Under the pieces are notes generated by a model that was not told where the DNA came from, made no database searches, and saw only the letters and a list, made by a program, of their open reading frames with translations. Both the position numbers and the translations under genes were made by a program. A stretch of DNA of 32,112 nt. It comes from Clostridiales bacterium (lineage in GTDB: Bacteria > Bacillota > Clostridia > Lachnospirales > JAITVM01). The stretch is from assembly GCA_031285815.1 (NCBI GenBank), contig JAITVM010000075.1:1-32112 (forward strand), written 5' to 3'. Shown here one piece after another: positions 8,723 to 16,391 of this stretch. Each line of letters starts with the position of its first letter. Position 1 is the stretch's first letter.

Positions 8723-8771
8723 TTATGACTTGCCACCTCCTTGATAAGATTATAGATTTAAAAATAATTTT

Positions 8772-8825
8772 GTTTACATCATGTAGACTAATTATCAGTC
8801 TATACTATGTAGACGCAAAAGTCAA
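8772..8825 (-). promoter_or_regulatory. Promoter of the blaI-like operon with two TACA/TGTA-type operators
   Basis: On the minus strand: TTGACT (8825-8820), 17-nt spacer, TAGACT (8802-8797). Operators are gtttacatcatgtagac (8772-8788) and gtctatactatgtagac (8798-8814); the second overlaps the spacer and -10. Confidence 0.6.
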
Positions 8826-8929
8826 GTTTTTTATAATGGGGTTAAAACCGCAAAAAATTAAATGGGGGGAGGTTTTGAATTATATAGGCAGACGGTTTCT
8901 GGGTATACAGGATTCCAAAATGGGTTTTT

Positions 8930-8992
8930 ATATGCCTAAATTCCATAGATGGTTTGTGTTAACAAACAAATTATTATGGCATTTAGGCATAT
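8930..8992. repeat. Nested inverted repeat (12-bp outer stem, 6-bp inner stem)
   Basis: atatgcctaaat (8930-8941) pairs with atttaggcatat (8981-8992). The inner hairpin is gtttgt-gtta-acaaac. It lies 22 nt downstream of the stop of the 9015-9770 gene, and there is no clean T-run on either strand. Confidence 0.6.
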
Positions 8993-9014
8993 TTGGTTAA
9001 ACTCTAAGCATGGG

Positions 9015-9770
9015 CTATTTTAAACGGTTATTTGCTTTTATAAGTTCGCTTAGCGAAACATCAGGGTTACGCCAACGCTTGCCGCTTTTTTCGTTTTTTA
9101 AATGTATTGCATTCTTGGGGCATAAATGCACACACGCTAAACAAGCTTCGCAATGGCCTCCAAAATGCACTTTGCCTTTTACTTCAATATTTTTTGCAGG
9201 GCATACTTTTTCGCAGGTTCCGCATTTAGTGCAACCCGAATTGACGATATAGCCCTTAGCCCCTTCTAATGCGGAGGTAAAAACTTTTAATATGGAAGCC
9301 AATGCCCTCATTAATATAGATGCTTTTGCCTGTAATTTTATCCTATTTTTTATATCAGCGGCTATTTTCGCTGTTTTTTCCTCTACCCGCTTTTTAGGCA
9401 TTTTTTGTATTTCTGCTTCTATCTCAAAAACTGGCAGGTAATTATCCAGCATAAGCAGGCTGTTGGCATAATCAAAGCGGTACCCGCGCTTTTGGGCTAA
9501 TTTTTGTACGTTGTACATACAAGCCCCGTCCATATTCCCATAAGTGCCAATAGCAAAGGTGTAATCAGCTTCTAAAGTTATTTTATTCAAAAAACCGCTG
9601 ACCATTTTGGGGGGCGCAGTACTGTAAATAGGGAAAACTAGCCCAATCACATCATCTTTATACTGTGTTTTGGAATCATTTATTACTTGTGGGATAGAAA
9701 TTAGGTTGCCGCCAAATTGTTTGGCCACAGCCAGAGAATTGCCCGTTGCAGAAAAAAAGAATATTGTCAT
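9015..9770 (-). CDS. EFR1-type flavodoxin-like protein fused to a 2x[4Fe-4S] ferredoxin domain
   Basis: N-terminus MTIFFFSATGNSLAVAKQ. C-terminus has CTKCGTCEKVCP and CEACLACVHLCP. Start set at the ATG at 9770 (SD AAAGGGG) rather than the ORF-track 9791. Confidence 0.85.
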   Translation of the reverse strand: MTIFFFSATGNSLAVAKQFGGNLISIPQVINDSKTQYKDDVIGLVFPIYSTAPPKMVSGFLNKITLEADYTFAIGTYGNMDGACMYNVQKLAQKRGYRFDYANSLLMLDNYLPVFEIEAEIQKMPKKRVEEKTAKIAADIKNRIKLQAKASILMRALASILKVFTSALEGAKGYIVNSGCTKCGTCEKVCPAKNIEVKGKVHFGGHCEACLACVHLCPKNAIHLKNEKSGKRWRNPDVSLSELIKANNRLK

Positions 9771-10037
9771 AGAATTAACCCCTTTAGGCAAGTGCCTTAT
9801 ATTATTTTTTGAATAATTTTGGTTTTAATTGTGGTGGCGGTTTTTCAATTTGCATGACAGCACTGGGGTGCTGTATTAAAACATGCTGGATTTTTATTGA
9901 ATTTTTATTTCACTGGCTATAACGAAGGTACATCAAGCCTTTTTAACTAAATTGCTATACTTATATTATAATATCGTTCAATCTATTAGCATAGTATCCA
10001 AATTTTCCTTGTACTAAAATTCGGGCTATTTTAGTAC

Positions 10038-10065
10038 AAAAAAAGCTGGAATTAGCACGCCAGCT
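10038..10065 (-). terminator. Rho-independent terminator of the DeoR gene
   Basis: On the minus strand: agctgg-cgtgctaatt-ccagct followed by T7, immediately after the stop. A second perfect 12-bp hairpin (10009-10039) follows. Confidence 0.8.
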
Positions 10066-10066
10066 T

Positions 10067-10831
10067 TTACTTTGGGAAAAGGCATTTAATATTATTTTTT
10101 TCAAAATAATCAAGCCAAGCTTCCCCAGGGTGTTTATCGGTAACGATAATATCTATTGCTTTAATATTTTCGATAACCGAAAACGCCTTAATATTAAATT
10201 TTGAAGAATCTACGGCAAGTACCGCGCATTGTGAGGATTGTATCATAGCCTCTTTGCAGAGGGCAAATTCTTCCCTTGCGTCTGTCGGGCCTATTTCCAT
10301 ATCCAGCCCCTTGCATGAAATAATAGCTTTTTCAGCATAGAACCTATTAATATCAGTTACCGCCTTTTGCCCGGTCAGCGCTAAATATCCTTCATTCAGG
10401 TTTCCGCCTGTTGAAACAATATCCCAGCCTGATACATCTGACAATTCTATAAGTACCTCTATAGAATTTGTTATAACGGTTAAGCATTGCTTTTTCTTTA
10501 TTGCTTTAGCGATAAAAACAGAAGTCGTGCTTGCATCTAAAAAAATATGTTCGCCGTTTTCAATAAGCCCGCATATTATTTCAGCGATTTTTTGCTTCCC
10601 GGATACGTTCCTTTTCTTCCTAACATTAAAAGGCAGTTCAATATTGGCGGCTTCATTTAATATTGCGCCGCCATAACTTTTTATAACTAAACCGCTGTTA
10701 TGGAGTTTTTCTAAATCCCGGCGGATTGTTTCTTCTGTAACATTATAAATAAGGCTTAATTCGCCTACAGTTACTTTTTTTTGTTCCTGCAGCTTCATTA
10801 AAATTGAATTTCTTCTTTCCAGAGCCAGCAT
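10067..10831 (-). CDS. DeoR-family transcriptional regulator (HTH plus DeoR C-terminal sugar-phosphate sensor domain)
   Basis: N-terminus RRNSILMKLQEQKKVTVGELSLIYNVTEETIRRDLEKL. C-terminal domain with LDASTT and TNS motifs. Confidence 0.9.
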   Translation of the reverse strand: MLALERRNSILMKLQEQKKVTVGELSLIYNVTEETIRRDLEKLHNSGLVIKSYGGAILNEAANIELPFNVRKKRNVSGKQKIAEIICGLIENGEHIFLDASTTSVFIAKAIKKKQCLTVITNSIEVLIELSDVSGWDIVSTGGNLNEGYLALTGQKAVTDINRFYAEKAIISCKGLDMEIGPTDAREEFALCKEAMIQSSQCAVLAVDSSKFNIKAFSVIENIKAIDIIVTDKHPGEAWLDYFEKNNIKCLFPK

Positions 10832-10907
10832 ATTTTATAACTGCTTACTAAAATATATAATGGTACGGCTATATTATTCTAGCTTGCAGTAACCCACCCC
10901 TTTTTTA

Positions 10908-11447
10908 CTATAATAAAACCCGTTTTAATTTTTCATCTGGATGCGCGATTACGCACGAATCCAAATACATACCGGTTTGGGCATCTTTTGCTTTTTCAAT
11001 GGCAGCTGTAACGGCGGCGACCTCGCCGGTTATAACCATAAAAGATTTGCCGCACATACCTTTAGCAACACGTATTTCTATTAAATCTACAATGGCTGTC
11101 TTTGCAGCCGTATCAGCCGCAACAATGATTGACGTGGCGTCATATGTTTCTAATATGCCTACAGCAGAAACTTCTTCTATATCAGCTGTGCCGTAAATGG
11201 CCGGCATAATGCTTTCATGGGGGTTGCCCAGGACAAAAGAATTTATCAATTGTTCGCCAAATTGTTTGGCTACATCGGCCGCCGCATTAACCTCGCTTAA
11301 GCCGCCGGTAATAATAGCGATATACTTTCCCGGGCAAACGGTTTGGGCTTCTACGATTTCGATATTTGCCGCTTTTACCATAGCATCTAAAGCCATAATG
11401 CCAGTAGCCACAGTTTTATATTCTACCATACCAATAGCCTTGCTCAT
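10908..11447 (-). CDS. pduT: BMC-T tandem-domain shell protein, PduT-like
   Basis: Two fused BMC domains in 179 aa. Cys38 in TVCPGKY sits at the position of the PduT [4Fe-4S] ligand. ATGA overlap with the upstream gene. Confidence 0.88.
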   Translation of the reverse strand: MSKAIGMVEYKTVATGIMALDAMVKAANIEIVEAQTVCPGKYIAIITGGLSEVNAAADVAKQFGEQLINSFVLGNPHESIMPAIYGTADIEEVSAVGILETYDATSIIVAADTAAKTAIVDLIEIRVAKGMCGKSFMVITGEVAAVTAAIEKAKDAQTGMYLDSCVIAHPDEKLKRVLL

Positions 11448-12787
11448 TTAACCCCACCCCTTTTGCCGCTTCTTTTTATTTCTATAAAATTATCGTTAAC
11501 GCATGTTACTTCCCCATCAATAGAAGCATGTAGTGCTACACTTAAACCTTCCGCAGGCTTCGCTACCATTTGGCCCGTTTTAACATAATCCCCGGCCGAA
11601 ACTATTGGTATTGGTATTGCCCCAATATGTTGCCTTAATAATATTTTTACGTTATTTGTATCGAGTACGCCATCAGCAAAATAGGCATTGCCAGAATATT
11701 TTGAAAGGCCAAGCCTGCCCTCCAGCCTTTTTTCCGGTACTTTCCTGTATGCCCGCCAAGGTTTCACGCCAGGGTGTGCAATATTTTTTGGCATGGGTGC
11801 CCCGGCTTTTTTTAAACCGTCTTTATATGCCGCAATCAGTGAGCACGGCGAAAGGCCTTGTGGGCAAGCATACATTTCACATACCCCACAGGAGCTGCAG
11901 AAAAATGTATTTAAAAACACATTCCTATCACGAAAATCTTGATTAGAAGCCGAGCGCATAAAAAGATGCGGCTCTATCGGATGGCCTAGCGCATGCCTTG
12001 GGCAGAGCCCCGTACACATTTGGCACTGGCAGCAGGCCGAAGCGGCCCTTTTTAAATCAATAGAGAGGTTGCGTTTTTTAGACCGTATTAAATAATGGCT
12101 ATCCGGTAGTACAAGGATAGCATTTGTAGTTTTAGTAATTGGGGCTTGCCCCGGTTTAATTTCGCCCATCATAGGCCCGCCAACTAAATAAGTATAATTG
12201 CCTTTTACGCCGGCAGAAGAAGCTACATCACCTATAGCCATGCCAATCGGGGCACGTGTAGTCCTGGGGCCCCCTACTTCGCCAACAATGGTCACAAGCT
12301 TATCAATAACAGGCTTTTGTTTCTGTACACATTGATAAACGTTATATACCGTCTCCACATTTAAAACAATAATATTTTTTTCGATAGGTATGCCGCCTGG
12401 GGATATAACTATGCCCAGGGCTTCATAAATTAATATAATTTCATCGCCAACAGGGTAAACATTATCAAGCAAATGCAAACGTATGTTTGGAAATGCGCCA
12501 ATATATTGGCCTATTGCGCTGATTGCTTTATCGTAGCCTTTTTTTATCCCTATAACAATTTCTGGCGCTTCAATAATTTCTGCTATTAATGAAAGCGACT
12601 GCAAAATTTCATGGGCCTCTTTTTCTAATAATTGTTTATGTAACGATAGTAATGGCTCACATTCGGCGCAGTTCAATATTAAATATTTAACGCCTTTAGC
12701 TAATTTTGCATATGTGGGGAACCCTGCGCCGCCTGCCCCAACTACGCCGCCATCCTGCAGCAGATTTTTTAGGTTGCCTATATCCAT
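11444..12787 (-). CDS. pduS: PduS-like / RnfC-NuoF-like flavin and Fe-S oxidoreductase
   Basis: GAGGAGFPT motif. Two 4Fe-4S motifs (CQCQMCTGLCP, CSSCGVCEMYACP). 447 aa. Confidence 0.88.
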   Translation of the reverse strand: MDIGNLKNLLQDGGVVGAGGAGFPTYAKLAKGVKYLILNCAECEPLLSLHKQLLEKEAHEILQSLSLIAEIIEAPEIVIGIKKGYDKAISAIGQYIGAFPNIRLHLLDNVYPVGDEIILIYEALGIVISPGGIPIEKNIIVLNVETVYNVYQCVQKQKPVIDKLVTIVGEVGGPRTTRAPIGMAIGDVASSAGVKGNYTYLVGGPMMGEIKPGQAPITKTTNAILVLPDSHYLIRSKKRNLSIDLKRAASACCQCQMCTGLCPRHALGHPIEPHLFMRSASNQDFRDRNVFLNTFFCSSCGVCEMYACPQGLSPCSLIAAYKDGLKKAGAPMPKNIAHPGVKPWRAYRKVPEKRLEGRLGLSKYSGNAYFADGVLDTNNVKILLRQHIGAIPIPIVSAGDYVKTGQMVAKPAEGLSVALHASIDGEVTCVNDNFIEIKRSGKRGGVK

Positions 12788-12793
12788 AATTTT

Positions 12794-13045
12794 TTACCCC
12801 AAGCTACTTGGTTCATCAACAATACCCACAATAGCAGCATCTACAGGCGCATCGGCTAGGTTCCCGGCTTTTCTTGCAGCACTGCCAATAACCACTAAGA
12901 CATAGTCGCCTATCCCGGCGCCAATATTATCAACAGCAACTATTTTGCTTTTATCAAGAAGTTCAACAATAGTAAATTTACTGCCTACCAATTTTTCATT
13001 TTTTCTTGTAGATACTACGCTACCTTTAACTTTGCCTAGCAACAT
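12794..13045 (-). CDS. BMC-P pentameric vertex protein (EutN/PduN/CcmL family)
   Basis: 83 aa: MLLGKVKGSVVSTRKNEKLVGSKF...VAVDNIGAGIGDYVLV. Confidence 0.9.
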   Translation of the reverse strand: MLLGKVKGSVVSTRKNEKLVGSKFTIVELLDKSKIVAVDNIGAGIGDYVLVVIGSAARKAGNLADAPVDAAIVGIVDEPSSLG

Positions 13046-13074
13046 ATTTGCGGGCCCCCTTTTGTTAGTTTGTT

Positions 13075-13725
13075 TTAGCTTTTAAAGAACAGGGCTACTT
13101 TATCCCCGGTTTTAGCCCGGCAGGCATTAGCTTCATCTGTATCTATATGCATTTCTAAAGTAAAGCTTTCGTCTACCCTTATTTTCACATCATTAAATAT
13201 AAGGCCCTTTTCATAGTCTGCATGGACTGAGACAAAATCGCCATCCTTAAGCCCGGCCGCTAATGCATCGGCGGGTGGCATATGTATATGCCTTTTCGCT
13301 ACTATCATACCTTCTTCTAAATAAATAGCCCCTTTGGGCCCAATTATTGTAACCGGGGCGGAGCCTTTAATATCCCCGGATTCGCGGAGCGGTGCATTGA
13401 CACCTAGCTTAACGGCGTCTGTATCAGATATTTCTACCTGGGTAAAATTTCGGGTAGGCCCTAATACGCGGATATTTTCGATTGCGCGTAATTTTAGACC
13501 AACAATTGTTACTTTCTCGTTTGCGGCGAATTGGCCGCCCATTAATGTTTTTGCCTTTGTCAGGCTATAGCCCGGCCCAAATAGAATTTCAACATGCTCT
13601 TGTTTTAAGTGTACATGCCTGGCAGAAACACCAATAGGGGCCATTAGGCTTTTACGGCCCCCCTGCTTTTCACGTATAGCTTTTACTACTAAATCAGCAA
13701 TCTCATTAATATCTATTTTATCCAT
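13075..13725 (-). CDS. pduL: PduL-type phosphotransacylase with N-terminal encapsulation-peptide-like helix
   Basis: GVSARHVHL and RHIHM repeat motifs typical of PduL. N-terminal helix INEIADLVVKAIREKQ followed by a linker. Confidence 0.9.
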   Translation of the reverse strand: MDKIDINEIADLVVKAIREKQGGRKSLMAPIGVSARHVHLKQEHVEILFGPGYSLTKAKTLMGGQFAANEKVTIVGLKLRAIENIRVLGPTRNFTQVEISDTDAVKLGVNAPLRESGDIKGSAPVTIIGPKGAIYLEEGMIVAKRHIHMPPADALAAGLKDGDFVSVHADYEKGLIFNDVKIRVDESFTLEMHIDTDEANACRAKTGDKVALFFKS

Positions 13726-13808
13726 ACTTACACCCGGTTTCTTTTTAATTATAAAAAAATTAAGGGCAGTACGCCCGCGCTAGCAATGGGCACGGGCGTT
13801 TCAATTTC

Positions 13809-14204
13809 TTATTCTGTTGGAAGTATAGCCTCTACATCAGAGTGAGGGCGTGGTATTACATGGGTAGCAACCAATTCGCCAAAACGCTGTGCACTATTTG
13901 CACCAGCTTCAACAGCTGATTTAACTGCGCCAACATCACCGCGCACCATAACTGTTACTAAACCTGAACCTATCCTTTCGGTCCCAATTAAAACTACATT
14001 GGCAGCTTTGCACATAGCGTCGGCAGCCTCTACGGCGGCTACAAGGCCCCTTGTTTCAATCATACCAAGTGCTTCTTTAGACATTTGCTTTTCCCCCTTC
14101 TTTGCTTTTTGTTTTGATGCAACTTTTTTAGCGCCTGCTTTAAGTGCAGCGCTTTGATCTATTTCCGCCACACTTTCATTGGCTGTGTTATCATCTTCTA
14201 TCAA
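13809..14204 (-). CDS. BMC-H shell protein (PduA-like). Start is ambiguous: long form from TTG 14204, short 91-aa form from ATG 14084.
   Basis: The core [24 protein letters not shown]... closely parallels the 14518-14793 paralogue. The 40-aa Ala/Lys-rich extension is encoded upstream in frame. Both candidate starts have a GGGGG-type SD. Confidence 0.88.
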   Translation of the reverse strand: MIEDDNTANESVAEIDQSAALKAGAKKVASKQKAKKGEKQMSKEALGMIETRGLVAAVEAADAMCKAANVVLIGTERIGSGLVTVMVRGDVGAVKSAVEAGANSAQRFGELVATHVIPRPHSDVEAILPTE

Positions 14205-14506
14205 AATTTTATGCCCCCTTGCTTTGTGAATTTTCGGGCACTCTCGTTTACTAAATAAACAATTTCTTCATGGGGGCTTGCCAAGACGCCGCTGGCAACC
14301 GGTTTTTTTATCCCATTGGATTTTACCGCCTCGATTGCCGAACTAACATCTGACACACTTCCCTGGATTACTATTGTTACTAAACGCCCGCCAAGCTTCT
14401 TTTCCCAGGTAACGAAACCCACGCTGGAAGCTTTGCACATAATGTCAATTGCATCTAAAGCTGCAACTATGCCCGTGATTTCGATAAACCCGTAAGCGTT
14501 ACCCAT
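14201..14506 (-). CDS. Divergent BMC-H shell protein (101 aa)
   Basis: The BMC fold signature reads [24 protein letters not shown]...[20 protein letters not shown]. Confidence 0.85.
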   Translation of the reverse strand: MGNAYGFIEITGIVAALDAIDIMCKASSVGFVTWEKKLGGRLVTIVIQGSVSDVSSAIEAVKSNGIKKPVASGVLASPHEEIVYLVNESARKFTKQGGIKF

Positions 14507-14517
14507 GTTGGGCCCCC

Positions 14518-14793
14518 TTAAGCTTTAGGCAGGATTTTTTCTACATCTGCATGGGGCCTTGGGATAACATGGACCGCAACTAATTCCCCTAAACGCTTGG
14601 CCGCCTCGGCACCGCTTTCAACAGCGGCTTTAACTGCGCCAACATCACCGCGTACCATAACTGTTACCAACCCTGAACCTATTTTTTCTGTACCGATTAA
14701 AGATACCTCTGCAGATTTAGTCATTGCATCAGCCGCTTCGATTGCAGCTGTAAGCCCCCTTGTTTCAACTAACCCTAATGCTTCTTTAGACAT
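14518..14793 (-). CDS. BMC-H shell protein, PduA/PduJ-like (91 aa)
   Basis: The BMC-H signature reads [58 protein letters not shown]. Confidence 0.93.
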   Translation of the reverse strand: MSKEALGLVETRGLTAAIEAADAMTKSAEVSLIGTEKIGSGLVTVMVRGDVGAVKAAVESGAEAAKRLGELVAVHVIPRPHADVEKILPKA

Positions 14794-14824
14794 GTTGTTT
14801 CCTCCTCAAATATTCTATATAGTT

Positions 14825-15139
14825 TCAATTCTTATCAAATGCATCTATTATTAACATTTTTTCTGTATCTTTAGTTGGGTTCGGGATTATATGGCTCTGG
14901 ACTATGCCGGTTATACCTTTTGCGGTGTTAATGCCTGCTTCCATAGCCGCTTCAACATCTGAAATGCCGCCCCTAAATTTAATGGTCACAAGGAGCGGGA
15001 CCTCCAGCTCATCCGCATTGGCAGGTTTGTTTTTATCAAATTTTTCAAGGCGTACCCGTCCGGCTTTGGCCCCTGCATCTGCCGCCATAAAGGCGCAAAC
15101 CAATCCGTATACTTCTAAAATGCCTACTGCCTCGCCCAT
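14825..15139 (-). CDS. Divergent BMC-H shell protein with an internal insertion (104 aa)
   Basis: BMC-like GILEVYGLVCAFMAADAGAKAG...TIKFRGGISDVEAAMEAG, with the insert EKFDKNKPANADELEVP. Confidence 0.8.
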   Translation of the reverse strand: MGEAVGILEVYGLVCAFMAADAGAKAGRVRLEKFDKNKPANADELEVPLLVTIKFRGGISDVEAAMEAGINTAKGITGIVQSHIIPNPTKDTEKMLIIDAFDKN

Positions 15140-15176
15140 AATAGGTGGCCCCTTTCAAATTGTAAAAAATTTAGCC

Positions 15177-16364
15177 TTAATTATTTATTATAGCTATCTT
15201 TAAGCCTTTCATCGATAAATTCATCTGATGGGCCTCGTTAATTTTATCCAGTGGGTATGTATGGGTAATTAATTTATCCAAAGGCAGCCCAATTTTTTTT
15301 GCGCTTACAAGGAAATCAAATGTTGTTGCATAATCCCTTAATGTATACACCCAAGACCCGACTGTTGTTATTTCTTTAGCACAGATATCAAAATGTGGGT
15401 TTATTGACGCATCGCCACCATTTATAAAAAACCCAAGCTCACAGAGCCCGCCGCCGTTGCGGATAAATTTATAAATATTTGAGTGCGCCATTGGCGACCC
15501 TGTGCATTGGAATGCAAAATCTGCCAAGCTGCCGCCAAATTTTTCTTTAACAGCGTTTGTTAGGGCTTCTATACCGGAATGGGATTTGAAATTGACAACA
15601 TCCGTAGCCCCTAATTCTTTAGCAAACCCTAGCCTATTTTCTTCACCGTCGATAGCTACAATATTGGCAATGCCCATTGTTTTAAGTATAGCTATGCAAA
15701 TCAAGCCGATAGGGCCACAGCCTTGGACGGCAACCCTGCTGTTAAACCGGAGTATGCCCGTAGATTTTGCGCGCTCTACAGCATGGATTAGGACCGCACA
15801 GGGCTCTATTAATATCCGTGAATAAAGGTCTAGGTGGCTAACGTTAAATATAGTAGAGCCGCCCCTAATAACTATATAATCTGCAAACCATCCGTTTAAA
15901 TGCTTGTCGTCGTCAGGCAGCAAACCATAGACATCTGCCCCGCCGACATTTTGCTTATTTAGGTCAAACATAGTTATATCTGGGTTATCTTTAAATATCA
16001 TACAAGAGACAACCTTATCGCCAACGTGTAAATCTTTGCCTGCGCTGTCTTTCTTAACGCCCTTGCCCATTTTAATTATTTCGCCGGTGCCTTCATGGCC
16101 CAATACAACAGGTATTAAATTAAATGGGTCATTCTTATACTCATGAGCATCAGTCCCGCAAACCCCGCAGCCTTCGACTTTAACTAAAATATCGCCATCG
16201 CCTAATTCAGGGATAGGGTATTCTTTAATATCATAATGCTCTAATTTTGTTAACATGGCTACCCTGGAAACATTTTTTGCGCCACTGTTTTCAAAATTTT
16301 CGCCTTTGCCTGCTAATTGGGCAAGGACCTGCTTAACGATTTCATCAATACGTGCGTCATTCAT
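15177..16364 (-). CDS. Zinc-dependent (MDR-family) alcohol dehydrogenase with N-terminal encapsulation-peptide-like extension
   Basis: GCGVCGTDAHE and GHEGTGEI zinc motifs; GCGPIGL Rossmann motif. The N-terminal helix IDEIVKQVLAQLAG plus a linker of about 15 aa precede the catalytic domain. Confidence 0.88.
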   Translation of the reverse strand: MNDARIDEIVKQVLAQLAGKGENFENSGAKNVSRVAMLTKLEHYDIKEYPIPELGDGDILVKVEGCGVCGTDAHEYKNDPFNLIPVVLGHEGTGEIIKMGKGVKKDSAGKDLHVGDKVVSCMIFKDNPDITMFDLNKQNVGGADVYGLLPDDDKHLNGWFADYIVIRGGSTIFNVSHLDLYSRILIEPCAVLIHAVERAKSTGILRFNSRVAVQGCGPIGLICIAILKTMGIANIVAIDGEENRLGFAKELGATDVVNFKSHSGIEALTNAVKEKFGGSLADFAFQCTGSPMAHSNIYKFIRNGGGLCELGFFINGGDASINPHFDICAKEITTVGSWVYTLRDYATTFDFLVSAKKIGLPLDKLITHTYPLDKINEAHQMNLSMKGLKIAIINN

Positions 16365-16391
16365 ATCATATACGGCCTCCTGTCTATATAT

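Noticed and set aside
8725-9252. Plus-strand ORFs 8725-9000 and 9010-9252
   Set aside because: The first covers the blaI-like promoter/operator and a hairpin region. The second is antisense to the Fe-S domain of the ferredoxin gene. Neither has an SD or family signal.
11605-11946. Two overlapping plus-strand ORFs inside the PduS-like gene
   Set aside because: They are antisense to a well-supported gene, have an Arg/Cys/Pro-biased composition, and lack SDs.
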